64,000 nucleotides of DNA from Octopus sinensis. Taxonomy: Eukaryota. Below the pieces are notes generated by a model. It saw only the letters and a list, made by a program, of their open reading frames with translations. It was not told the origin of the DNA and made no database searches. Below, in pieces: positions 40,603 through 53,249 of this stretch. Location: the NCBI RefSeq assembly GCF_006345805.1, contig NC_043020.1, positions 10,106,001-10,170,000 on the forward strand. The letters are read 5' to 3'. A program made the position numbers and the translations under genes. Each line of letters starts with the position of its first letter. Position 1 is the stretch's first letter.

Positions 40603-41772
40603 TTGAGTCATCCCATAAATAATGCAGTTTTTTCAATTTCATGAACTAAAAGTCGAAGGGAGATGGGATAGACTACCTGCATCAACTTGCTATAAAAGCA
40701 GGCAGTAATTTTACCTTGTCCTTATTCTTAGTGCAAGCTTTGAAGAGTGCAGTTCTATTTTAAGATATTTTTCCAAAGTTATAATGGAAGTGACAGAGGA
40801 GCATATACAGCATATTTTGCTGTATATTTTGAGTTCAATAAAGGCAACAATGTAATGGAAAGTGTGAGGAACATTAATGCAGAGGCAAGCGAAGTCGATA
40901 TCGAACCTCATCCGACGACAGGCGCCCATGCCAACCCCCTCTGCTTGCGAAGACATGTTGGGGCAAGTGAAATCGAAATCGAAATCGGAATCGAAATTGA
41001 ACCAATCCTATGACTGGCACCCGGCAGATGCCAGGACCCCTGGACTGGTGGTACGTAAAAAGCACTATCCGATTCGTGGCCGATGCCAGCACCGCCTCGA
41101 CTGGCTTCCGTGCCGGTGGCACGTAAAATGCACCGATCCGACCGTGGCCGTTCGCCAGCCTCGCCTGGCACGTAAAAATCACCCACTACACTCTCGGAGT
41201 GGTTGGAGTTAGGAAGGGCATCCAGCTGTAGAAACACTGCCAGATCTGACTGGCCTGGTGCAGCCTTCGGGCTCCCCAGACCCCAGTTGAACCGTCCAAC
41301 CCATGCTAGCATGGAAAACGGACGTTAAACGATGATGATGATGATGAGTTCAATAAAGGCAACAATGTAATGGAAAGTGTGAGGAACATTAATGCGGTAT
41401 ATAGGGATCGGACAATAATTGTAACCCAGTGTCAATGGTGGTTCCAGAAATGACAGCCTAGAAAATGAGCCTCGTCCTGGAAGATCTGTAGAGCTTGATA
41501 AGGACAGATTGCAAACCCTGGTGGAACAAAATCCCATTGTAACTATTGAGGAACTGGCAGAGAAACTTGGATTTGGTCATTCAACCATTCATCAACACCT
41601 GCATGCCATCTGAAAAGTCAGCAAATTGGGTCAATGGGTTCCTCACAAACTTTCCGAGTCAAATCGTGCACAGAGAGTGAATGTGTATTCTTCTTTGCTG
41701 TCATGTCTCATGAATGAACCTGTTTTGGGATCGAACAGTGACTGGTGATGAGAAATGGGTTTTCTATAAAAA
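40603..41772 (+). mobile_element. 3'-truncated mariner relic interrupted by an RTE-type short element
   Basis: Remnant translation EPRPGRSVELD..LAEKLGFGHSTI..KLGQWVPHKLS..VTGDEKW. Confidence 0.8.
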
Positions 41773-42893
41773 TGGAAGACTGGGCATGCCATGGCTAATG
41801 ATGTGCAGGCAAGTGCCAAGGCCGCAACATCTCCACTACTTTTTTAACTGAGCAACTGTGGTCACTGTTTGTCATACAGGATTTTCCACAGCTCATCTCA
41901 TTGGCAGAGCTACAGTCCTAGGTCAAGTGTAGACCAAGAAATGGTGCTTGGAGTGTTGGCAAGTGCTAACAGTTTTCTGTCAGTCGGGCGATGCAGTCGG
42001 TGGAAGTTCCAGTATGGAATTCTGTAGGGGATTAGTAAAGGGAAGGAGTGACAACATCCTTTGGGAAACTCTGAGCATCAGGAGGGATAAATTAACCGGT
42101 CTTTTCTGGAGAACTTTAGGGTTGGGCGCCTATAAATATTTTCCAGAAATACCTGGGCTGGCATTGCTTCTGAGGGGAGTTCTGTTGGTTCAAGACAAGC
42201 TTGTCAAATGGACCTGTCCAAGGTGTGCACGCGGCAATGAAACCATCCTGCATGCATTTGTCCAGTTTCCGTACATTTCTGACTTGTGGAGGTTTGTTGA
42301 ACAGCTGGTATCACGTGTAGGACGGATCCGCTTATTGGCCAGAACCATTGTGAAGATTACCCCACAACCTTCCTTTGGCCAGGAAGGAAAGGCAGTTTTC
42401 CTGTCTGGTGGCTATAGCGAAGGGGATAGTGTGGTGGACGAGATTGAAAGGACCGAAGACAAATACTTTCCTCTTTGGCCAAGCCCTCATCAACTTTTTC
42501 AAGTTCCACTTCAAAAGGAAAGTGAAAGTAGAGAGGGAAGTTCTGCCACTTCCCACTCCCCCGCTTAAATTTGTTGAAAGGTGGGTGAATGTGGTGAGGA
42601 CGGCCCGTATGAATGGGCCTACTCTGAACTTTCATTTGTAAACTGGAAGAGTTGAGAAGGAGGGAGGCACCTGCTGAAGTGCATCTGGTGTTTGGGATAA
42701 ACAGAATGTGTGGGGTTCCTTGGTTGTCCCTGCGAGGAATCCCTGCTTTTGTGGGAATTTTTTTGGGGTTTTTTTTTTTTTTTTGTTACCCACTTGTCCC
42801 TTGTATTGTCCCTATTTCTTTTGTGACCAGCCCTTGTAGCCAATAAATGAAAGTATTATTATTATCATTATTATTATTATTATTATTATTATT
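41773..42893 (+). mobile_element. 3' fragment of an L1/Tx1-like LINE
   Basis: Frameshifted ORF with CPRC...ETILHAF zinc-knuckle-like C-terminus, AATAAA at ~42842 and (TAT)n tail. Confidence 0.7.
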
Positions 42894-42926
42894 TCTAACA
42901 TTTCAATGTATTTTTGTGTCTTACAG

Positions 42927-43004
42927 GTGGCTGTCAGTGACAAACTCTACACGTTCATGCATAATCTATGGCTGGAGAATGCTCCAGTTGGGGAGTTGTG
43001 TTAA
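42927..43004 (+). CDS. NAPRT: NAPRT last coding exon ([25 protein letters not shown])
   Basis: ttacag acceptor, TAA at 43002-43004; typical NAPRT C-terminus V.VS..LY.F.H.LWL.NAP.GEL. Confidence 0.94.
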   Translation: MAVSDKLYTFMHNLWLENAPVGELC

Positions 43005-43049
43005 TATTTGCTATTGCTTCTAATTTTTTGTTTCTTAGTACGGCCTAAT

Positions 43050-43087
43050 ATATACACGTGTGTGTGTGTGTGTATATACATATATAT

Positions 43088-43122
<35 letters not shown>

Positions 43123-43539
43123 TACACATATATATATACACATAAACACATGCACATACATATATACACACATACATATATATATATTACATATGCATAC
43201 ATGTGTGTATATACATATGTATACACACACATACAAATACACACATATATATATACAGACTTATAGACACAAACACACACACATACATATATACATACGT
43301 ACATATATACACACATACATATTTTACATGCACGCATATATACATACATGCGTGTATGTGTGTGTATATACATTATATGTATGTATATAAATATATATGT
43401 ATACACACATATACAAATACATATATACACACACACTTACACATATAAACACATACATATATTTTACATACACACATACATACATACATGTGTGTATGTG
43501 TATATGATATGCATGGTATATGCTCACACAAATAAGCAT

Positions 43540-43580
<41 letters not shown>

Positions 43581-44715
43581 TATAAAGATATGCATACACA
43601 GGCCTTACACACACACACACACACACACACATGCACACACACACACACACACACACACACCTACGCACACACATCTGTGTGGTACCTTGATAGGTTATGT
43701 TGTATAAAACCTCCGTAGCCTGCTGTGTCTGTTGTTTACTGTCAGTAGCTCAGATATTGAAGGGGAATGTCATGGTCGGACTCAAGTACTGACCAGTGAT
43801 ATGTTTCTCTGTGTGATAAACTGTGATATGCTGATATTCTATATTGACACCATTATTATCATTATTATTATCATTATTATTATTATTATTATTATTATGA
43901 CGATGACTTAATATTTTTGGCCCATTTTATGATCTGAGATGAAGAAATACTACCGTGTCTGACTATGCCTTTTATACTTTATATATATATATATACATAT
44001 ATATGTTTATGTGCATATATATATATGTATGTATATGCATGCATGCATACATTTATGTATATACACACACATATATATGCATGCATACACACATATATAC
44101 AAGTATGTGTGTGTGCATGTATATGTATGTATATGCATACATTTATGTATGTACACACACACATGTATGCATACATACATATATACAAGTATATGTGTGC
44201 ATGTATATGTATGTATATGCATACATGCATACATTTATGTATGTACACACATATATATGCATGCATACATACATATATACAAGTATGTGTGTGTGTGCAT
44301 GTATATGTATGTATATGCATACATTTATGTATGTACACACATGTATGTATGTATACATACACACATATATACAAGTATGTGTGTGTGCATGTATATGTTT
44401 GTATGTATGTATATGCATACATTCATGTATGTACACACACACATATATGTATGCATACATACACACATAAATACAAGTATGTGTGTATGCATGTATATGT
44501 TTGTATGTATGTATATGCATACATGCATATATTTATGTATGTACACACACACACGTGTATGCATACATACACACATATATACAAGTATATGTGTGCATGT
44601 ATATGCATACATGCATACATTTATGTATGTACACACACATGTATGTATACATACACACATATATACAAATATGTGTGTGTGTGTATATGTATATGTATAC
44701 ACACACACACATACA
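43050..44715. repeat. Compound CA/TA/TATG microsatellite tracts downstream of the NAPRT stop
   Basis: Low-complexity tracts at 43050-43675 and 43980-44715. Confidence 0.9.
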
Positions 44716-45224
44716 TGTTGGGTGTCGATTCCGTCGACTGTATTACCCTTTCAATAATAATTTTTGTGGTCCTTGTTCCAACATTACAAATGCTCGTCCA
44801 TTTGAAATGCTTATGAACAATATCTGAGAAAATTATTATTATTATTATTATTATCATTATTAGCTATCGTTGTTATTGTTACATTATTAAGGGGCAGTGG
44901 ACGGAAGAAATAGGGTCGATGTGCAAAATGCCTTGCATGTGTTCCCCTGCCATGACCCCCGCTTTCCTTTACATTCAGAGTTCATATCTAGTTTGGTGGT
45001 GGGCGTGTGGGTGTTGAGTTTGCCTTATAGCCTTTTAAAGGTGGGAGGTGTGTGGGTGTCAATAAGACAAGTGTTCTAATCATTTTGGGTTGTTTAAATT
45101 GATACACCCCCCGCCACCTTCCCATATACTCACACACACACACACTCACATACACTTCACACCCTATATCTAAAGTCACGTGCGAAAATCAGAAAAACTC
45201 ATTATTTTTGGTGGGTCGGGTCGG

Positions 45225-48200
45225 GTTGGCAGAATCGTTAAAACGTTGGACAAAATGCATTGCATATGTCCTAGGTTCAAATCTCACTGTGGGCAGCTTT
45301 GCCTTTTTTTTTCCTTCTGACTGGGTGGTCAATGAAATACAGAACCAATTAAGCGCTGGATTAACGAAACCCCTAAACCCCCTTACACATCCAGCCCCTA
45401 AATTTCTAGCTTTTGTGCCTATGTAAGAAATTATCATATTATTATTTGGGTGGTAAGCTGGCAAAATCGTTAGCATGCTGGGCAAAATGCTTAGCTGTAG
45501 CTTATCTGTCTTTACATTCTGGGTTCAATTCCCACCAAGGTCGACTTTGCCTTTCATCCTTTCGGGGTCGATGAAATAAGTACCAGTTGCGTGCTGGGGT
45601 TGATGTAATCAACTAGCCCTCGTCCCTCAAATTTCAGGCCTTGTGCCTATAGTAGAAAGGATTATTATTATTATTATTTAGGTAGCAAGCTGGGAGAATT
45701 GTTAGCATGCTGGGCAAAATGCTTAGCTGTATTTAACCCTTTATGTTCTTCATGTTCTGAGTTCAAATTCCACCGAGGTCAACTTTGTTTTTCACCCTCT
45801 GGGGTCGATAAAATATATGTACCAGTTGCTTACTGGTGTCGATGGATTTGACTAGTCCCCTCCTCCCCCAAATTTCAGGCTTTTTGCCTATACTAGAAAG
45901 GATTATTATTATTATTATTATTATTATTGTTAAGGTGGTAAGCTGGCGGAATTGTTAGCATGCTGGGCAAAATGCTTATCTGTATTTCATCCATCCTTAT
46001 GTTCTGAGTTCAAATTCTGCTGTGGTCGATGGAACAAGTACCAGTTACGTACTGGGGGTCAGTGTAACCAACTAACTAACCCCTTCCCCAAAATTGCCGG
46101 CCTTGTGTCCAAAATTTGAAAATATCTGACTGGTCTGGTGCAGCCTTCGGGCTTCCCAGAATCCCAAGTTGAACCGTCCAACCCATGCTAGCATGGAAAG
46201 CGGACGTTAAACGACGATGATGATGATGATGATTATTTTATAGTATTTGTAAGAAGAGTTGTTGTTTTGACCCTTAACTTTTAACCTGATGCCACTAAAA
46301 CTTAGGGAAAGGCATGACTGTCACACCACACTCTTTCTTGACCTCACTTGCCCCTTTCAGTATAAAAAGTCATTAGGGTCTGCTGTCTAATCAAAAGATT
46401 TTATGTGGCTTGTTGTATTTTTTTTTTTTTTTACCATTTCTCCCTGTAATTCTTGGAGTACTAATCCTGCCATTTTTGGCTTTGCCCTTTCATTCCTCGT
46501 GGTCCCGATAAAATACGCACTGGTACCATGCTACAGGTGGTGATGGTCATGGTTGGGCTAAATGCCCCACCGACTACACCTCCGCCCCCCCCTGCTCTTT
46601 CCACTACTTTTTTCTACCTTATAAACTTACTGCTTCATTGCCAATGTAAGCAACCATTTCTTATTGCTGCTACTGCTACTGCTGCTCCTGTTGTTGTTGT
46701 TCTTTTTGTGGCGAGTACCAAAGTGTGTGCGGGCAGAGGGTGATGCTCCTGGCAAGCCAAGTCCATTGATCAAATTTCAATCTCTGCTTAAACCAAAATG
46801 TTGTGTTGATATTATTATTATTATTATTATTTAGGTAGCAAGCTGGGAGAATTGTTAGCATGCTGGGCAAAATGCTTAGCTGTATTTTATCTGTCTTTAC
46901 ATTCTGAGTTCAAGTCCCATCAAGGTCGACTTTGCCTTTCATCCTTTCAGTGTCGATGAAATAAGTACCAGTTGCATGCTGGGGTTGATGTAATCAACTA
47001 GTCCTCGTCCCACAAATTTCAGGCCTTGTGCCTATAGTAGAAAGGATTATTATTATTATTATTATTTAGGTAGCAAGCTGGGAGAATTGTTAGCATGCTG
47101 GGCAAAATGCTTAGCTGTATTTTATCTGTCTTTACATTCTGAGTTCAAGTCCCATCAAGGTCGACTTTGCCTTTCATCCTTTCAGGGTCGATGAAATAAG
47201 TACCAGTTGCATGCTGGGGTTGATGTAATCAACTAGTCCTCATCCCACAAATTTCAGGCCTTGTGCCTATAGTAGAAAGGATTATTATTATTATTATTAT
47301 TTAGGTAGCAAGCTGGGAGAATTGTTAGCATGCTGGGCAAAATGCTTAGCTGAATTTAACCCTTTATGTTCTGTATGTTCTGAGTTCAAATCCCACCGAG
47401 GTCAACTTTCACCCTCTGGGGTCGATAAAATATATGTACCAGTTGCTTACTGGTGTCGATGGATTTGACTAGTCCCCTCCCCCCAAATTTCAGGCTTTTT
47501 TGCCTATACTAGAAAGGATTATTATTATTATTACAATTATCATTATTACCCTTGGGAGAGCTTGCAGCTTTCCACTTACTCCAATCTCATAAATTTGGCA
47601 CTTTGATCCCATGTAGAAGAAAATCTGTCATTATTATTATTATTATTATTATTAAAAGGTGGTGAGAATAGTTAGCACGCTGGGCAAAATGCTTAGCGGT
47701 GTTCCGTCTGTCTTTATGTTTTGAGTTCAAATTCCTCCATGGTTGACTTTGCCTTTCATCCTTTCGGGGTCGATAAATTAGGTACCAGTTGCATACTGGG
47801 GTCAATGTAATTGACTGGCACTCTCCCCCAAAATTTTGGGCCTTGTGCCTAGAGTAGAAAATATTATTATTATTATTATTATTAAGGCAGTGAGCTGAGA
47901 GAATCGTTAGCATGCTGGGTGTCTTAATGTTCTGAGTTCAAATTCCACCGAGGTCAGCTTCACCTTTCATCTTTCAAGGGTCAATAAAACAAGTGCCAGT
48001 TGAACTCTGGGGTTGATGTAGTCGACTTACCACCCCACTTAAAATTGCTGGCCTTGTGCCAAAATTTGAAACCATTATTATCATCATTATTATTATTATT
48101 AATTTCTGCCGAGGTCAACTTTGCCTTTAATCCTTTCAGGCTCAATAAAATAAGTACCAGTCATGTACTGGGATCTGTAATCAACTTTTCCCCCTCTCAA

Positions 48201-48233
48201 AAATTGCTGGTCCTATGCCTACATTTGAAATCA

Positions 48234-48267
<34 letters not shown>

Positions 48268-49560
48268 GGTGGAGGGCTGGCGGAGTTGTTAGCATGCCTG
48301 GCAAAATGCTTTGCGGCTTTTTGTCTGTCCTTATGTTTTGAGTTCAAATTCTGCTGAGGTTGAGTTTGCCTTTCGTCCTTTCAGAGTTGATAAATTAAGT
48401 ACCAGTTGCGTACTGGGGGTTGATCTAATCAACTGGCCCCAACTCCCACCAAATTTCAGGCTTTGTGCCTATAGTAGAAAGGATTATTATTATTATTTTG
48501 GGGTCGATAAAATAAGTAATTGAATACTGGGGTCGATGTATTCAACTTACCCCCTCTTATTATTATTATTATTATTATTGTTGTTGTTGTTGTTAAGGTG
48601 GTGAGCTGGCAAAATTGTTACCACGCCAGGCGAAATGCTTAGTAGCGTTTTGTCCCATTTTTGTGTTCTGAGTTCAATCGCCACTAAGGTTACTGACACA
48701 CACACACACACTTTGTGCCCATCACTAGCCGGTGATTGTCTCACTGTGGACAGGTAACTACCTTTCAGGATCGATAAAATAAGTACCAGTCAATCTCTGG
48801 AGCCAATTTAATCGACTTTGCCCCCTCCCACAAAACTACTGGTCTTGTGCCAAACTTTGAAACTATTATTATTATTATTATTAAAGGTGGCAATTTGGTA
48901 GAATCGTTAGCACGCCAGGTGAAATGCTTAGCAGTATTTCATCCATCTTTACGTCCTGAGTTCAAATTCCACAGAGGTTGAGTTTGCCTTTCGTCCTTTC
49001 AGAGTTGATAAATTAAGTACCAGTTGTGTACTGGGGTTGATCTAATCAACTGGCCCCCAACTCCCACCAAATTTCAGGCTTTGTGCCTATGAGTAGAAAG
49101 GATTATTATTATTATTATTGTTTAGCAGCATTTTGTGGATCTTAACATTCTGGTTTCAAATTCTGCTGAGGGTTGACTTTGCCTTTCGTCACTTCAGTCG
49201 TTAATGAAATAAATACCCCTCGTGTACTTGGGTCGATTAATTGGCTTCCCCGCTTCTCCCCCCGACCCCCCCCCTCACAAAATTGCTGGCCTTGTCCCAA
49301 AATTAGAAAGTACTGCTACTACTGAGCAGTGTATCAGCAGAATCTCACAAGTGCTGAACAAAATGAATACTTTTTTAGTTTTTAGTTAGAGCCCTTTATG
49401 TTCTGAGTTCAAATCCCGTCGAGGTCAACTTAACCTGCGATCTTTCTAGGGGTCGATCAGCTACCAGTTAAACCCTGGAGATTTGATATAAAAGATTGCT
49501 CCCTTTTCCCTCCCTCCTGCCAAATTTCTGGCCTTTGAGCCTATGATACAAATTAATTAT
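45225..49560 (+). mobile_element. Dense head-to-tail cluster of SINE family B with (ATT)n tails
   Basis: Repeated ggtggcgagctggcagaa..gagttcaaattcc..gcctttcatcctttcggggtcgataaa..gtaccag units; family also at 6372-6600, 10960-11362(-), 17500-18095, 22815-23310, 24376-24795, 40357-40581, 50853-51310, 53797-54031(-). Confidence 0.85.
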
Positions 49561-49711
49561 ATTAACGGCATTGTGGGGTTTTTATTGTATTTCTGAAGAA
49601 TTTGGTCATCTTTGACCCCTTTTTTAAAAAAATTTTTTTTTTTTTTTTTACTGTTGATGAGGAGACTTCTGTGATTATCTGAAATGGTGGTTGTAAACTA
49701 CAGAGATGAAA

Positions 49712-49742
<31 letters not shown>

Positions 49743-49822
49743 GAATGAATAAAACATTTTCTTAAAAACCAAGACTGATTTTATTATATGCTGTTATTTT
49801 CATGTTTAAAATTCTTTTGATG

Positions 49823-50357
49823 TGGAGGAGGCGCAATGGCCCAGTGGTTAGGGCAGCGGACTCGCGGTCGGAGGATCGCGGTTTCGATTCCGATTCCGAG
49901 ACCGGGCGTTGTGTGTGTTTATTGAGCGAAAACACCTAAAGCTCCACGAGGCTCTGGCAGGGATTGGTGGTGACCCCTATTGTACTCTTTCGCCCCGACT
50001 TTCTCTCACTCTTTCTTCCTGTTTCTTGGTCTTAAAAACCAAGACTGATTTTATTTTATGCTGTTATTTTCATGTTTAACTCTTTTGATGTGGAGGAGGC
50101 GCAATGGCCCAGTGGTTAGGGCAGCGGACTCGCGGTCGGAGGATCGCGGTTTCGATTCCGAGACCGGGCGTTGTGTGTGTTTTATTGAGTGGAAACACCT
50201 AGAGCTCCACGAGGCTCCGGCAGGGTGTGGTATGGAACCCTGCTATACTCTTTCACCCCAACTTTCACTCTTTCTTCCCCCTTTCTTGGGTAACGCTGCG
50301 ATGGACTGGCGTCCCGTCCAGCTGGGGGAAACACATACGCTACAGAAACCAGGGAAA
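49823..50357 (+). mobile_element. tRNA-headed SINE family C (two tandem copies)
   Basis: A box tggcccagtgg and B box gtttcgattcc; also at 2725-3013(-), 19863-20120 and 56135-56520(-). Confidence 0.8.
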
Positions 50358-50360
50358 CTA

Positions 50361-50543
50361 CTTAAGAAGAGTAGTCCCGATGCGCGCATCCGCGCTAGCT
50401 AGTCGTGACTAGTCGATCCTAGCACAGTAAATAAAGCAAAAAATAAATATTTTTTTTTTACACAGTAAATAAAACACAAAGTAAGGATCGACTAGTCACG
50501 ACTAGCTAGCGCGAGTGCGCGCACCGGGACCACTCTTCTTGAG
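50361..50543. mobile_element. MITE with ~60-bp CpG-rich TIRs and TA flanks
   Basis: cttaagaagagtagtcccg...gtcgatcct / aggatcgac...cgggaccactcttcttgag, A-rich core. Confidence 0.75.
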
Positions 50544-51416
50544 TAGTACCGCTTTGAGATTTTCCTGACGTGATTGCTTATTTTTAGAAAGACATTGTAG
50601 GATAGGTGTGAGAGGTTGCATCTGGCTGTTTTGGGCATAAAGCACGTAGAATATTTAGGCCAGGCAAGAGTTACTTCCCTTAGAATATATGTCGTTTAAC
50701 CTAACTTAATCGGAAGATTGTCGTGAAAGCACGGCCGATTAAATCAGTTTCAAGTAATTAAATATTACTCCCAGACTACTCATGACTACTCCCTGCCCCT
50801 CCCCTCACTTTATAGGCTAACTGTATATCCTTCACTATATTCATGGTCTAAAAGGCGGCAAGCTGGCAGAAACGTTAGCACGCCGGGCGAAATATGGTAT
50901 TTCGTCTGTCGTTACGTTCTGAGTTCAAATTCCGCCGAGGTCGACTTTGCCTTTCATCCTTTCGGGGTCGATAAATAAAGTACCAGTTCACTGGGGTCGA
51001 TGTAATCGACTTAATCCGTTTGTCAGTCCTTGTTTGTCCCCTCTGTGTTTAGCCCCTTGTGGGTAGTAAAGAAATATATATTCATGGTCTAAAAGGCGGC
51101 AAGCTGGCAGAAACGTTAGCACGCCGGGCGAAATATGATATTTCGTCTGTCGTTACGTTCTGAGTTCAAATTCCGCCGAGGTCGACTTTGCCTTTCATCC
51201 TTTCGGGGTCGATAAATAAAGTACCAGTTACGCACTGGAGTCGATGTAATCGACTTAATCCGTTTGACTGTCCCCCTCTGTGTTTAGCCCCTTGTGGGTA
51301 GCAAAGAAATATATATTCATGGTCTGGCTTCGTTTTACGCGGGAAATAAAAACGAAAATATTAAAAGCTTACTTTGTAAGGGAAGTTTTAAAAAGGGTTT
51401 TGAGTACCACATTATG

Positions 51417-51718
51417 TACAGTGCGGTGAATAAACTGTCGTCTAAATTTAGCAAAAGTGAAAATAACACATCTCATTTTAAGAGATAGATTTACCAAAAT
51501 TACATAAAAGTATCTCGAAATACTGAGGAGTAAATTTATTCAATGAAATCGTCATTGGCTTCAATCACGGCTTCCAGACGACTTCGGAATCTCCTGCAAC
51601 TCGTCTGGGCAGTCTCCTTGTTTAAGTTGGTGAATGCTGCCATAATCCTTGCCTTCAGTTCATCCTTGGTATTACAAAGAATTTTGTTGGTCTGTTGCTC
51701 AACTGCGCCCCACACATA
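51417..51718 (-). mobile_element. Tc1/mariner-superfamily 3' end (transposase C-terminus and TIR)
   Basis: YYVWGAVEQQ...FRSRLEAVIEANDDFIE* and a TA-CAGTGCGG terminus. Confidence 0.75.
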
Positions 51719-51925
51719 ATAATATATAATGAAATTATTGTATACAGTGCTCAGGTGCACCACAACTTGTCAGAAAGTGCATATAAAGTACATGCAGTAA
51801 TGTAGAAATGTCTGAAAAGCGAACAATGTATGAGTCAGATACATGCTTGTGTGTGTATGGAGGGGAGAAAATCAGGTGTAGTGTTGGCGAATCTCAGAAA
51901 GCATGGAAGTTTTGAAGGATGCAGT
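51716..51925 (-). mobile_element. Second CR1 3' end fragment (same family, unamplified)
   Basis: Reverse complement of the 38130-38752 CR1 sequence without the SINE. Confidence 0.85.
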
Positions 51926-52313
51926 CTGCTCGTGTGGCATTGTGCAAAGTCCTTTTTGCCAAACATGGGGTTACTAGCAGCTACTCTCTTGACTCAAGAC
52001 AGCATTACCTACTCCAAGCACTTGATGTAGGCCTCCGTGTTTAGTTTGGGGCCGTGTGAGAAGATGAATGGAGGCGTAACGTCGCCATCACTAGTGATCA
52101 CCATTAGACACATCGAACTCTTATAGAATCGTCTGCACTGTTCTAAGATTGACATCCAAGCACTCCGAAATGTTCATATTTGAACTTCTGGAGCGAATGT
52201 CAAGCAGTACAGAATGTTCCCCAAGTTCTGGCTGAGTGAATTGCGATATGGTGCTGTTTTTCTCACAGGCGGTGACCAGCAGAACCTACGGAAACTGAAA
52301 GAAGGCCGTCGTA

Positions 52314-52368
<55 letters not shown>

Positions 52369-52465
52369 CGGGAAGCTATATGAAAATAAACAAAAGACGA
52401 AGGCAGGTGGAATACAAACAAACATTTGTATTAGTATGGCGCTCAGGAATATAAATAAAACAAGT

Positions 52466-52501
52466 CTTTTACGTTTCGAGCCTACGCTCTTCGACAGAAA
52501 G
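52466..52501 (-). ncRNA. Minimal hammerhead-like motif, family 2
   Basis: Minus strand: CTTT CTGTCGA A GAGC GTAG GCTC GAAAC GT A AAAG. Confidence 0.6.
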
Positions 52502-52592
52502 ATACACAGAAATGAAACACAGAAAGAAACAAGGAGAGAAAAAAATGCGTGCAGAAGCTAGCGAATCAACATATATATATATAATATATATA

Positions 52593-52636
<44 letters not shown>

Positions 52637-52733
52637 CGGGAAGCTATATGAAAATAAACAAAAGACGAAGGCAGGTGGAATACAAACAAACATTTGTATT
52701 AGTATGGCGCTCAGGAATATAAATAAAACAAGT

Positions 52734-52769
52734 CTTTTACGTTTCGAGCCTACGCTCTTCGACAGAAAG
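52734..52769 (-). ncRNA. Minimal hammerhead-like motif, family 2 (tandem copy)
   Basis: Identical motif 268 bp from the previous copy. Confidence 0.6.
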
Positions 52770-52838
52770 ATACACAGAAATGAAACACAGAAAGAAACAA
52801 GGAGAGAAAAAAATGCGTGCAGAAGCTAGCGAATCAAC

Positions 52839-52872
<34 letters not shown>

Positions 52873-53249
52873 TTGTGTTTGTCCCCCTAACATCGCTTGA
52901 CAACCGATGATGGTGTATTTACGTCCCCGTAACTTAGTGGTTCGGCAAAAGAAGACCGATAGAATAAGTATTAGGCTTACAAAAGAATAAGTCCTGGGGT
53001 CGATTTGCTCGACTAAAAGGCGGTGCTCCAGCATGGCCACAGTCACATGACTGAAACAAATAAAAGAGTAAAGAGTAATAGAGCAGGAACCGGTTTCTAA
53101 CCTAGATCCAAGGCTCCTTCATTGGAATTACAGTGTTTTTGTGTGTGTGTGTGCATGTGTGCAATATTTGGAGTCAGTGTACGTACGGATTTGTATGTTT
53201 TGTTTTATGCATGTATTCTTATACTAGCATATCTAGACAAGCACATATA

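Noticed and set aside
45038-45122. Imperfect hairpin resembling a pre-miRNA
   Set aside because: Pairing is driven largely by GT/CA low-complexity sequence and there is no recognisable mature miRNA
49650-49705. TTGATGA...GAAAT hammerhead-like spacing
   Set aside because: C3 is missing, and stems I and III do not pair convincingly
49828-49900. tRNA gene candidate
   Set aside because: A and B boxes are present but the acceptor stem is not closed and it continues into a SINE body found in several copies
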